From Pseudomonadota bacterium (GTDB taxonomy: Bacteria > Pseudomonadota > Gammaproteobacteria > Pseudomonadales > Oleiphilaceae): a stretch of 64,000 nucleotides of DNA. The position numbers and the translations under genes were made by a program. The DNA lies in the NCBI GenBank assembly GCA_051744725.1, contig JBNJDI010000001.1:11455-75454 (forward strand). The letters run 5' to 3'. This document shows positions 52,546-63,817 of this stretch, in pieces. The notes under the pieces are model-generated. The model searched no databases. It saw only the letters and a program-made list of their open reading frames with translations, and was not told the DNA's origin. The number at the start of each line of letters is the position of its first letter. Positions within the stretch are counted from its first letter, which is position 1.

Positions 52546-53185
52546 GGGCAACAGTATGCGCCTGCATCCCCGCGGCAAGGAAGGGGACGAGCTGGTCCAC
52601 AATCTCCTCATTGGGTGTCTCAACCCCCAGTTTGTTCCAGAGGATCTCAGTGAGCGCATCACTGCTGGAGAGGGTGAAGGCTGTGGCACCCAGCATGAAC
52701 TGGTTGCGCCAGTAGCGTTCCACGGCGGACAGCTCCGGCGTAGCGTTTTTGAGAAGCCGCATGAAGCGGCCGAAGGTGTGGTTGTACTCGGCTTCCAGGA
52801 ACCGGCGCAGGTGCCCCTGGGACTGGGTGTAGGCGAGCCCCTGCAGGCGCATGTAGATGGCGATGCTGCGGTCGTGCTTGCGCGGCATTTCCACCAGGGT
52901 GCCAGTGAGCACGCGGAGCACGGACTCCAGATCGGGCGGCTCCGGGGCTGCTTCCGCCTCCAGGCGGTCAAAGGCCTCCTCAAGCGCAATACAGAAGGGG
53001 GTGAGGAAGCGTGCGAATACCGCCTGAATGAGTGATTTCTTGGAGCCGAAATGGTAATTGACCGCAGCCAGATTCACCCCGGCCTTACCCGTGATCATGC
53101 GGAGAGAGGTCTCGGAAAAGCCTCTTTCGGCGAACAGTTCCTCCGCCGCGTCCAGAATCCTGTTCACTGTATCCGAATGCGCCAT
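52511..53185 (-). CDS. psrA: TetR-family regulator PsrA
   Basis: MAHSDTVNRILDAAEELFAERGFSETSLRMITGKAGVNLAAVNYHFGSKK; upstream of nagZ; PsrA boxes in promoter. Confidence 0.88.
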   Translation of the reverse strand: MAHSDTVNRILDAAEELFAERGFSETSLRMITGKAGVNLAAVNYHFGSKKSLIQAVFARFLTPFCIALEEAFDRLEAEAAPEPPDLESVLRVLTGTLVEMPRKHDRSIAIYMRLQGLAYTQSQGHLRRFLEAEYNHTFGRFMRLLKNATPELSAVERYWRNQFMLGATAFTLSSSDALTEILWNKLGVETPNEEIVDQLVPFLAAGMQAHTVAHGNTGNPDSGA

Positions 53186-53208
53186 GGAATCCCGCTCAAA
53201 CGTGTGAC

Positions 53209-53235
53209 CAAACAATTGTTTGAAACATACGTTTG
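53209..53235. promoter_or_regulatory. Two overlapping PsrA boxes (autoregulation)
   Basis: CAAAC-AATT-GTTTG (53209-53222) and GAAAC-ATAC-GTTTG (53222-53235) fit (C/G)AAAC-N2-4-GTTT(G/C). Confidence 0.8.
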
Positions 53236-53248
53236 AGTCGGAAGGGTG

Positions 53249-54229
53249 TCAAGGCGCGCTCGAGGATGGGTTACCGGCATCCGCTGGAGCCGGAGCTGCC
53301 TCGGTGGCCCCCTCCCCTTCGCCCTCCGCGGATTCCGGTGCCCCGGCGCCCGGATCCGAATCCGGCACCGGCACCAGGCTGGGATCCGTGGCCTGGGAAG
53401 CCGCATCCAGCGGCTCTGCATCCCCGTCATCCAGCATCTGCTCGTGCGTACGCAGGTATTCATCCCGAAGTCGGTTATAGGCCTTTTCCGCTTCCAGGGC
53501 AAAGATGAGATAGAGCTGGGCCTGGGCCCGGTTCCGGATGCTGTCCACCAGCTGCCCTTTCTCGGAAAGACTGTAGAGTCCGGTGTAGCGGCTGCGACGC
53601 AAGGTGGGATTATACTCGCCCAGCGGACGGCATGCAGCCGCCAGGCCAATGGGACCCTCCAGGTGTTCAACGTGCTTGCGGGCACGGTGCAGCAGGCGCC
53701 GCCGCTTCAGCAACAGCTCCATATGGGAGGCCTGGTGGGTGAACACATGACGCACACCCGGCAGCCCCCAGAACGCGGCCAGAGCCAGGCCGCCAAAGGC
53801 CACACCACCGATCAGAGCCGGCACCAGGTTGCCCATACCCGCCAGAACCAAGGCGGCAAGTACGCTCAGAAGCAACAGCCAGCTGTCGCGCCGACGCCGC
53901 GCCAGATTCAGCTGGTGGTGATCCGGCCACCCGGGCATGGCCAGGGTATCGAAGTCCAGCAGAAGCAGACGCTCGCAGTCGTGCAGCAGTCTGCGCCGGC
54001 GTTTCTGGCGTTTATGCTCGGCCTCACGTGCCGCCCGCAGCGCGGCTTCGGGGTCCGCATCCGCAGAGGCCTCCTCGCCGCTGGCCGGATCACCATCCGA
54101 CTCGTCCACCGGACTTCCGGAATCCACCGACGGGTCTCCTGCCGGGGTTTCCGGTTCGGGAACCGGTTCCAGTCGACCGCCGGGATGAACCCGCGGTTCC
54201 TCCGTCCGTTCAGGCTGATGCTGCGCCAT
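53249..54229 (-). CDS. Hypothetical membrane protein with acidic disordered termini
   Basis: GGAG upstream of ATG 54229; central hydrophobic hairpin; no family recognised. Confidence 0.75.
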   Translation of the reverse strand: MAQHQPERTEEPRVHPGGRLEPVPEPETPAGDPSVDSGSPVDESDGDPASGEEASADADPEAALRAAREAEHKRQKRRRRLLHDCERLLLLDFDTLAMPGWPDHHQLNLARRRRDSWLLLLSVLAALVLAGMGNLVPALIGGVAFGGLALAAFWGLPGVRHVFTHQASHMELLLKRRRLLHRARKHVEHLEGPIGLAAACRPLGEYNPTLRRSRYTGLYSLSEKGQLVDSIRNRAQAQLYLIFALEAEKAYNRLRDEYLRTHEQMLDDGDAEPLDAASQATDPSLVPVPDSDPGAGAPESAEGEGEGATEAAPAPADAGNPSSSAP

Positions 54230-54382
54230 CCCAATTCTCCGCGTGCCTGGACCATCACTGGTTAACGGCTGATTCCCACCGGTTTTGAGTACCCGCCCCA
54301 TGCTCTGGCATGTGTTGGCAGCGTAGCGTATTCTGATTCACCCTGATGTCTGTGGAACAAACTTTTACAGAGGCATGGCTCC

Positions 54383-54805
54383 ATGACGACCACACCGAAG
54401 ATCCTGGTACGCGACTACATGCGTTCACTGTCACTCTGGTTCTCGCCTTCCGACCCGATCGAGAAAGTGGCGGCCACCCTGGTCAAGCAGGAGGAGCTGG
54501 GCGCACCGGTTCTGGACGAACACAAGCGGCTTGTCGGCTTTGTGACCGAGCAGGACTGCATCAAGGAGATGCTCAACGACTCCTATTACGCCCAGGAACA
54601 CCAGCTTGTGAGTGACGTGATGTCGCGGCGGACCGTTTCCGTCGGCCCGAATGAGGACGTGACCCACCTGGCGGAGGAAATGCTTGGCGCCAAGCCCAAG
54701 ATCTATCCCGTGGTCGAGGACAGCCGGGTTATCGGGGTCATCACGCGGGGGGATGTGCTGCGGGCGCTGAGCCGTGTACGCAACAGTGGCCACGGCCACA
54801 TCTGA
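54383..54805 (+). CDS. CBS-pair protein
   Basis: VRDYM, APVLDEHKRLVGFVT, VSDVMS, YPVVEDSRVIGVITRGD. Confidence 0.9.
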   Translation: MTTTPKILVRDYMRSLSLWFSPSDPIEKVAATLVKQEELGAPVLDEHKRLVGFVTEQDCIKEMLNDSYYAQEHQLVSDVMSRRTVSVGPNEDVTHLAEEMLGAKPKIYPVVEDSRVIGVITRGDVLRALSRVRNSGHGHI

Positions 54806-54817
54806 CAGGGTGCCCAG

Positions 54818-55441
54818 GTGTTTACAGGAATTGTTCAGGGCATCGCCCGAGTGGAAACCGTCGAGCGGCTGGCCGGCCTCCACCGAATCCGGCTGCGGTT
54901 TCCGGCAGACTTCATTGATGGCATTGCGGTCGGCGCCTCGGTATCCGTCAACGGTGCCTGCCTGACGGTCACCGAAGCCTGGCCGGACAGCCATCTGGCG
55001 GCCTTTGACGTAATGATGGAAACCCTGAGGGTCACCACTCTGGGGGCGTTGCAGAAAGGGGATGCGGTCAACGTCGAGCGGGCTGCCCGCATCGGCGATG
55101 AAGTCGGCGGGCACCTGCTGTCGGGCCATGTCCACTGCATGGCCAGGGTCAGCGCCGTTGAGGAGCCCGAGAACAACCGCCGGATCGTCTTCTCCGTTCC
55201 CCAGGCGTGGCGCCCTTACCTCATCAGCAAGGGCTACATCGCGGTGGATGGAGCCAGCCTCACCATTGCTGAGCTGACCGGGGACGGCTTTGCCGTCTAC
55301 CTTATTCCGGAGACACTCAGGGCGACGCGTTTCGGAACGCTCGGTGAAGGCGACCAGGTGAACATTGAAATCGACCACCAGACCCAGACCATCATCGATA
55401 CCCTGAACCGTCTGGACCTGGTGCCCCGCGGGGCCGATTGA
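54818..55441 (+). CDS. ribC: Riboflavin synthase
   Basis: MFTGIV N-terminus, GASVSVNGACLTV, GGHLLSGHVH, IAVDGASLT. Confidence 0.96.
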   Translation: MFTGIVQGIARVETVERLAGLHRIRLRFPADFIDGIAVGASVSVNGACLTVTEAWPDSHLAAFDVMMETLRVTTLGALQKGDAVNVERAARIGDEVGGHLLSGHVHCMARVSAVEEPENNRRIVFSVPQAWRPYLISKGYIAVDGASLTIAELTGDGFAVYLIPETLRATRFGTLGEGDQVNIEIDHQTQTIIDTLNRLDLVPRGAD

Positions 55442-55459
55442 CCCCGCGGCCGCGCTTTT

Positions 55460-56584
55460 CTAGCGCTGGTAGCCGGGGCGCAGGAAGGGCATGGCGGAGA
55501 CCGTCATGCTGCGGCGCTTACCCCGCACATCCGCCTCAACGGTGGTGCCCTTCTCCGCCAGATCCGCACGCACATACCCCATGGCAATGGGTGCGCCGAC
55601 ACTGGCGGCGAAATTGCCGCTGGTTACTTCCCCGATGGCCTCATCGCCGCCTTCGGCATAGAGTACGGCGCCCTCGCGCACCGGTGCCTTGCCTTCAGCC
55701 ACGAGTCCAACCCGCCTGCGCTCCGGCGCGTTATCGCGCATCTGCTGCAGAACCCGCTGCGCTCCCGGGAAGCCGCCCTCGCGCTCCCCGCCGGGCCTGC
55801 GGGGCTTACCGATGGCCCAGCCGAGAGAGGCCTCAACCGGCGTGGTATCTGGGGTGATGTCATGACCATAGAGACAGAGGCCCGCTTCAAGGCGCAGCGA
55901 ATCCCGGGCACCAAGCCCCACCGGTTCCACATTCTCATCCGCCAGCAGGCGCCGGGCCAGGGTCTCAGCCACGTCCGCCGGGACCGAGATCTCGTAGCCA
56001 TCCTCGCCGGTGTAACCGCTGCGGGAAATGATCGCCGGGCTGTCGAGCAGTGTCATGGACCAGTTGTCCATGAACTTCATTTGCCGGACCTCCGGCTGGA
56101 GCTTCGCCAGTGCTTCCTCCGCTTTCGGCCCCTGGAGGGCGATCAGCGCCCTGTCGGTCATCTCGGTCAGGGTGATGGATGCCGGCAGCCCGGCGCGCAG
56201 GTGGGCAATGTCCTCGGCCTTGCAGGCGGCGTTGACGACCAGGTAGAAGCCATCCTCATGACGGCTGATCATCAGGTCATCCAGGACACCCCCATCCTCG
56301 TTGGTGAACAGACCATAACGCTGGCGGTGCATGCCCAGCCCGACCAGGTCCGCGGGAATCATGGCCTCAAGGGCTTCCGCGATGCCCTCGCCACTGAGCC
56401 AGACCTGGCCCATGTGGGACACATCAAAAAGGCCCGCCCCTTCCCGGGTATGCAGGTGTTCCTGCTTGATGCCCGCGGGGTACTGCACCGGCATGCTGTA
56501 GCCGGCAAAGGGCACCATGCGCGCACCGAGTTCCTCGTGGAGGGTGGTCAGCGGGGTTGTGAGCAATGCCTGATCGTTCGCCAT
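55460..56584 (-). CDS. gcvT: Glycine cleavage T protein
   Basis: GARMVPFAGYSMPVQY, GLFDVSHMG, SRSGYTGEDGYE, GLGARDSLRLEAG. Confidence 0.97.
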   Translation of the reverse strand: MANDQALLTTPLTTLHEELGARMVPFAGYSMPVQYPAGIKQEHLHTREGAGLFDVSHMGQVWLSGEGIAEALEAMIPADLVGLGMHRQRYGLFTNEDGGVLDDLMISRHEDGFYLVVNAACKAEDIAHLRAGLPASITLTEMTDRALIALQGPKAEEALAKLQPEVRQMKFMDNWSMTLLDSPAIISRSGYTGEDGYEISVPADVAETLARRLLADENVEPVGLGARDSLRLEAGLCLYGHDITPDTTPVEASLGWAIGKPRRPGGEREGGFPGAQRVLQQMRDNAPERRRVGLVAEGKAPVREGAVLYAEGGDEAIGEVTSGNFAASVGAPIAMGYVRADLAEKGTTVEADVRGKRRSMTVSAMPFLRPGYQR

Positions 56585-56665
56585 GAGCCTGTCTCTCCTG
56601 TTGTTGTTTCGGAGCCGCCTGTACCCGCGGCTCCCGCTGAGCTGGATTGCCCCCATGATGCCGTA

Positions 56666-56679
56666 TTTCCGATTGGAAA
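56666..56679. promoter_or_regulatory. Putative operator upstream of gcvT
   Basis: TTTCC-GATT-GGAAA palindrome; second half-site TTTCC at 56685. Confidence 0.6.
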
Positions 56680-56691
56680 CAAAGTTTCCTG

Positions 56692-57327
56692 TCAGGCTGT
56701 CACCCAGAGGACTTCCGCGTCCTCTTCGCTCACGGAAACCAGCATATGCCCCATGGTGCAGTCGTAATAGGCACTGTCTCCGGCTTCCAGGCGCACGGGT
56801 TCATAGAACTCCGTATAGAACAGGATTGTCCCGCTCAGTACATACAGGAATTCCTCGCCGTCATGGCGGATCCATTCCGGAAAATCGCCGAAAGCGCGCG
56901 CCCGCACACGCGTCGTGAAAGGCACCATTTTCTTGTGGCTCAGATCCGTGGCCAGCAGTTCGTGTTCATAGGTGGCCGTGGGATGGGGCTTGCCCTCCCC
57001 CCGGCGCGTGATGTCGCGCCGCCCGGACGGCTGGGCGCTGTTGCTGGGCTCTGAGAACAGCTGCGGCAGGTCGATGCCCAGTCCGTTAACCAGCTTGTGC
57101 ACCACCGAGAAGGTGGGTGAAATCTGCTCGTTCTCAATCTTCGACAGCGTGGAGCGCGCAAGCCCCGTCAGCTTGCTGGCTTCTTCCAGGGTCAGCCCCT
57201 GACCCAGGCGCAGCGACCGGACGCGCTCTCCCAGCCGCAGCGGCTGCAGTGTGGCTTCGGTTTCACCGCGCTGGACCTGCAGGGTCTCGTGAAGCGGCTC
57301 CCGCATGTTCTCGCTGTCCTCGGCCAT
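56692..57327 (-). CDS. XRE-family HTH + cupin transcriptional regulator
   Basis: LGERVRSLR...TGLARSTLSKIENEQISPT; cupin HDGEEFLYVLSG...GDSAYYD...H. Confidence 0.92.
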   Translation of the reverse strand: MAEDSENMREPLHETLQVQRGETEATLQPLRLGERVRSLRLGQGLTLEEASKLTGLARSTLSKIENEQISPTFSVVHKLVNGLGIDLPQLFSEPSNSAQPSGRRDITRRGEGKPHPTATYEHELLATDLSHKKMVPFTTRVRARAFGDFPEWIRHDGEEFLYVLSGTILFYTEFYEPVRLEAGDSAYYDCTMGHMLVSVSEEDAEVLWVTA

Positions 57328-57337
57328 GATTCGCGTG

Positions 57338-57351
57338 TTTCCTATAGGAAA
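57338..57351. promoter_or_regulatory. Putative operator between XRE gene and gcvH
   Basis: Perfect 14-bp palindrome TTTCCTATAGGAAA. Confidence 0.65.
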
Positions 57352-57357
57352 TTTACG

Positions 57358-57386
57358 TTGTTTGTGGGAAAATCCGTTGTTAATCT
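57358..57386 (+). promoter_or_regulatory. Candidate gcvH promoter
   Basis: TTGTTT-17nt-TAATCT with extended TG at 57378. Confidence 0.5.
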
Positions 57387-57436
57387 AACACAGACAACCC
57401 TACAACCACATGACTCTGCTGCAGGAGGACGGAGCG

Positions 57437-57829
57437 ATGACAGCGACGCCCGAGGAACTTCTCTACACCCCCAGCCACGAATGGATCCGTGACAACGGCG
57501 ACGGCACCGTGACCATGGGCATCACCGACCACGCCCAGGATCAGCTCGGCGACGTTGTCTTCGTGGAGCTCCCGGAAGCCGACCAGAGCTTTGCCAAGGG
57601 CGATGAGCTGGCGGTCGTGGAATCCGTAAAGTCCGCCTCGGACATCTACTCGCCCATCAGCGGCACCGTCCAGAGCGTGAACGAAGCGCTCGAAGATGCC
57701 CCCGAGACCGTGAATGAGCACTGCTACGGGGACGGCTGGATGGTACGCATCAAGCTGGACAACGCGGACGAACTCTCTGAACTCCTGTCGGCCGAGCGCT
57801 ATCAGGAGCTCGTTGCCGACGAAGCCTGA
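57437..57829 (+). CDS. gcvH: Glycine cleavage H protein
   Basis: HEWI, GITDHAQDQLGDVVFVELP, lipoyl VESVKSASD. Confidence 0.97.
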   Translation: MTATPEELLYTPSHEWIRDNGDGTVTMGITDHAQDQLGDVVFVELPEADQSFAKGDELAVVESVKSASDIYSPISGTVQSVNEALEDAPETVNEHCYGDGWMVRIKLDNADELSELLSAERYQELVADEA

Positions 57830-57844
57830 CCCAGGAGGTAGCCC

Positions 57845-60720
<2,876 letters not shown>

Positions 60721-60721
<1 letters not shown>

Positions 60722-60782
60722 AGTTTTTACTCGGATTAGGGTGATTATTCTAATTTTTCACCCTAATCTGGCGTTAGAACTC
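60721..60782 (+). other. 62-nt AT-rich imperfect hairpin
   Basis: Perfect 11-bp core GATTAGGGTGA/TCACCCTAATC extended by an outer stem GAGTT...AACTC. Confidence 0.7.
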
Positions 60783-60841
60783 AAGGGCAGCAATGGAGGT
60801 GATCCATCGCTGAGAAGTCCCCAGACAGTTGGAGCACAACC

Positions 60842-61252
60842 ATGAGCGATCTGACACGCAGGATTCAGGAACAGACCAGCCAGCAATGGCAGAAGGCCAA
60901 TCAGGAACTGCAGCGTGTGCTCAGGGATCTCGGTGCGCGGGATGCGGAAAATGAGTCCTTCCAGGAAATGGTCCGGGACATCCGTGAGAAGAACCCCTCC
61001 TTCCGGGAGTTCATGTTCAGCCTGGACGCGGCCACCTACGACACGCGCAAGCGCCTGTCGTGGAACGCGCACATGACCTCCGCCTATCTCATGAACCGGG
61101 TCGAGGCCTCCTACACCAACGATCTCAAGCCGCTGGTGGCCAACTACCGCCAGCAGGCCAGCGAACGGCTGACCGCCCTGAAGCAGCAGCTTCGCAGCAT
61201 GCGCGAACGCTTCCAGTCCGCCGCTTCCGACAGCGACGACACGCAGGACTAA
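60842..61252 (+). CDS. Hypothetical all-helical protein
   Basis: 136 aa, GGAG upstream, own terminator, amphipathic Q/E/R-rich helices. Confidence 0.8.
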   Translation: MSDLTRRIQEQTSQQWQKANQELQRVLRDLGARDAENESFQEMVRDIREKNPSFREFMFSLDAATYDTRKRLSWNAHMTSAYLMNRVEASYTNDLKPLVANYRQQASERLTALKQQLRSMRERFQSAASDSDDTQD

Positions 61253-61286
61253 CCCCCTGCCTGAAGCACACCGGCATACCCCTCCT

Positions 61287-61314
61287 CCCCGTGCCCTGGC
61301 GCACGGGGTTTTTT
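61287..61314 (+). terminator. Intrinsic terminator
   Basis: CCCCGTGC-6nt-GCACGGGG-T6. Confidence 0.85.
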
Positions 61315-61951
61315 ATGCGTAACGCACGCCCGTACCCGCCAACCCGCAGTAACCGCCCGGATTCTTGTGCAGATACTGCTGGTGCCAGCCCTCGGCGTAA
61401 TAGAAGGTCACGTCCTGCGCCAGCTCCGTGCTGATACGCCCCTGGCCGGCGACATCCAGGGCCTTCTGGTAGGCCTCCATTGAGGCCTGCGCAACTCCAA
61501 GGCTGTCTTCATCCGGAAGATAGAGCGCGGAACGGTACTGGGTTCCCACATCATTGCCCTGGCGCATCCCCTGGGTGGGATCATGGGACTCCCAGAACAC
61601 CTGCAGGAGCGCCTCCAGCGACACCACCGCCGGGTCATGAATGACACGGACCGCCTCCGTATGGCCTGTCCGGGCACTGCAGACCTCTTCATAGGTGGGA
61701 TTGGGGGTGTAACCGCCGGCATAGCCCACGGCCGTTGTATACACGCCCTCCAGCTGCCAGAAGCACTGCTCAGCGCCCCAGAAACAGCCCATACCTACGA
61801 CCAGCTCCCGGCAGTGTTCCGGAAACGGCGGCAGCAGTGGCGTCCCCAGCACCGCGTGCCGGTTGCTGACGGGCATTTCAGAAGAACGCCCCGGCAGCGC
61901 CTCTTCCGGCGTTACCATCCGCATCTTTTCCCTGCTGAACAGATGCCACAT
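61313..61951 (-). CDS. msrA: Peptide methionine sulfoxide reductase A
   Basis: [35 protein letters not shown]-like WHQQYL, GYCG. Confidence 0.97.
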   Translation of the reverse strand: MWHLFSREKMRMVTPEEALPGRSSEMPVSNRHAVLGTPLLPPFPEHCRELVVGMGCFWGAEQCFWQLEGVYTTAVGYAGGYTPNPTYEEVCSARTGHTEAVRVIHDPAVVSLEALLQVFWESHDPTQGMRQGNDVGTQYRSALYLPDEDSLGVAQASMEAYQKALDVAGQGRISTELAQDVTFYYAEGWHQQYLHKNPGGYCGLAGTGVRYA

Positions 61952-62006
61952 CTCCGGATCTCCCCAAGGTTCAGTAATACCCCAACAATAACGGACAGCC
62001 GCCCAC

Positions 62007-62039
62007 AAAAAACCCCCTGCCGGAATCCGACAGGGGGTT
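62007..62039 (-). terminator. Intrinsic terminator after aceA
   Basis: AACCCCCTG-11nt-CAGGGGGTT with T tail on the minus strand. Confidence 0.82.
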
Positions 62040-62083
62040 CTGTATCGGCGCGGCCCCGCGGGGCCGCAACACCGGAACCGGTT

Positions 62084-63679
62084 TTAGAACTGGTTCATGG
62101 TGTTGTCTTTACCACCGGCCTTCAGGGCTGCTTCGCCCGCGAAGTATTCCTTGTGGTCGTCACCGATGTTGGAGCCGGCCATGTCCTGGTGCTTGACGCA
62201 CGCCAGACCCTTACGGATCTCCTGGCGCTGGACGTCGCGCACGTAAGCCAGCATGCCTTCCTCACCGAAGTAGCCCTTGGCCAGGTTGTCCGTGGACAGG
62301 GCCGCGGTGTGGTAGGTCGGCAGTGTGATGAGGTGGTGGAAGATGCCCGCGTGCTTGGAACCATCCTTCTGGAAGTTCTGGGTCCAGCGGTCGGCTTCCG
62401 CAGCAAGTTCGGAATCGTCGTACTTGCTGTTCATCAGGTCGGAGCGGTCGTACTGGGACACGTCCTTGCCTTCTTCCTTCCACGCATCGAAAACCTGCTG
62501 GCGGAAGTTCAGGGTCCAGTTGAAGGACGGGCTGTTGTTGTAGACCAGCTTGGCGTCCGGCACTTCTTCCTTGATGCGGTTGACCATGCCCGCGATCTGG
62601 CCGACGTGGGGCTTCTCGGTCTCGATCCACAGCAGGTCGGCGCCGTTCTTCAGGCTGGTGATGCAGTCCAGAACCACGCGGTCCTCGCCGGTGCCTTCCT
62701 GGAACTCGTACAGGCCGTTGGGCAGGCGCATCGGCTTGTGCAGCTCGCCCTTCTTCTTGATGACCATGTCACCTTCCTGAACGTCTTCCGCAGACTTGAC
62801 CGGCTCGGTCTTCAGGAAACTGGTGTAGGTCGCCGCCAGATCGCCGGGCTCCTGGGAAACCGGGATCTTGTGGGTCAGGCCCGCGCCCAGGGAGTCGGTA
62901 CGCGCGACGATGACGCCGTCTTCAACACCCAGCTCGAGGAACGCATAGCGAACCGCGTTGATCTTGGCGATGAAGTCCTCGTGGGGGCAGGTTACCTTGC
63001 CGGCCTGGTGACCGCACTGCTTGGCGTCGGATACCTGGTTCTCGATCTGGATGGCGCAGGCGCCCGCCTCGATCATCTTCTTGGACAGCAGGTAGGTCGC
63101 TTCCTCGTTACCGAAACCGGCATCGATGTCGGCGATGATCGGCACAACGTGGGTCTCGAAGTTGTCGATCTTGTCGATCAGCTCCTGGACCTTCTTGTCG
63201 TCGCCGGCTTCGCGCGCCGCGTCCAGGTCGTGGAACAGGTGGTTGAGTTCGCGTGCGTCCGCCTGCTTGAGGAAGGTGTAGAGCTCCTCGATCAGGGACG
63301 GAACCGCCGTCTTCTCGTGCATGGACTGGTCGGGCAGCGGGCCGAACTCGGAGCGCATGGCCGCAACCATCCATCCGGAGAGGTAGAGGTAGCTGCGCTT
63401 GGTGGTGCCGTGATGGCGCTTCACGGCCATCATCTTCTGCTGGCCGATGAACCCGTGCCAGCAACCCAGGGACTGGGTGTACTTGCTGTGGTCCTTGTCG
63501 TACTCGGCCATGTCCTCGCGCATGATCCTGGCGGTGTAACGCGCAATGTCCAGGCCGGTCTGGAACCGGTTCTGGGCGCGCATGCGGGCCACATACTCAG
63601 GCGTAATGTGGTCCCATTTGCCGCCCTGCGACTTGCGCAGTGCAGCTGCTTCTTCAATGTCCTTCATGTAGTTCGACAT
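62084..63679 (-). CDS. aceA: Isocitrate lyase (long Pseudomonas-type)
   Basis: YLSGW, IADIDAGFG, QIENQ, KQCGHQ, WIETEKP, YNNSPSFNW. Confidence 0.97.
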   Translation of the reverse strand: MSNYMKDIEEAAALRKSQGGKWDHITPEYVARMRAQNRFQTGLDIARYTARIMREDMAEYDKDHSKYTQSLGCWHGFIGQQKMMAVKRHHGTTKRSYLYLSGWMVAAMRSEFGPLPDQSMHEKTAVPSLIEELYTFLKQADARELNHLFHDLDAAREAGDDKKVQELIDKIDNFETHVVPIIADIDAGFGNEEATYLLSKKMIEAGACAIQIENQVSDAKQCGHQAGKVTCPHEDFIAKINAVRYAFLELGVEDGVIVARTDSLGAGLTHKIPVSQEPGDLAATYTSFLKTEPVKSAEDVQEGDMVIKKKGELHKPMRLPNGLYEFQEGTGEDRVVLDCITSLKNGADLLWIETEKPHVGQIAGMVNRIKEEVPDAKLVYNNSPSFNWTLNFRQQVFDAWKEEGKDVSQYDRSDLMNSKYDDSELAAEADRWTQNFQKDGSKHAGIFHHLITLPTYHTAALSTDNLAKGYFGEEGMLAYVRDVQRQEIRKGLACVKHQDMAGSNIGDDHKEYFAGEAALKAGGKDNTMNQF

Positions 63680-63817
63680 GATTCACCTATGCTTCGGGAG
63701 TGGAACAACACGATTGTCGGCGGCTCCCCTGTACCGGAGAGTCGTACCTCGAGCGCTGGCGTATTCTATCCGGATTCAAACCATAATTAAAATCAATGCA
63801 ATCAATTCCCGACATTC

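Noticed and set aside
54302-54382. FMN riboswitch before CBS-ribC; LexA box at 54350-54370; sigma54 promoter at TGGCATGTGTTGGCA
   Set aside because: No RFN core; CTGT-ACAG spacing is 13 rather than 8; GG-GC spacing is 9 rather than 10
57328-57436. Glycine riboswitch upstream of gcvH or gcvT
   Set aside because: Both intergenic regions are only about 110 bp and lack the GGAGA...GAAG...CTCTCAGG aptamer core
60736-60766. TTAGGG/CCCTAA telomere-like words; possible dif site
   Set aside because: One copy per arm, part of the hairpin; no match to the XerC/XerD dif consensus
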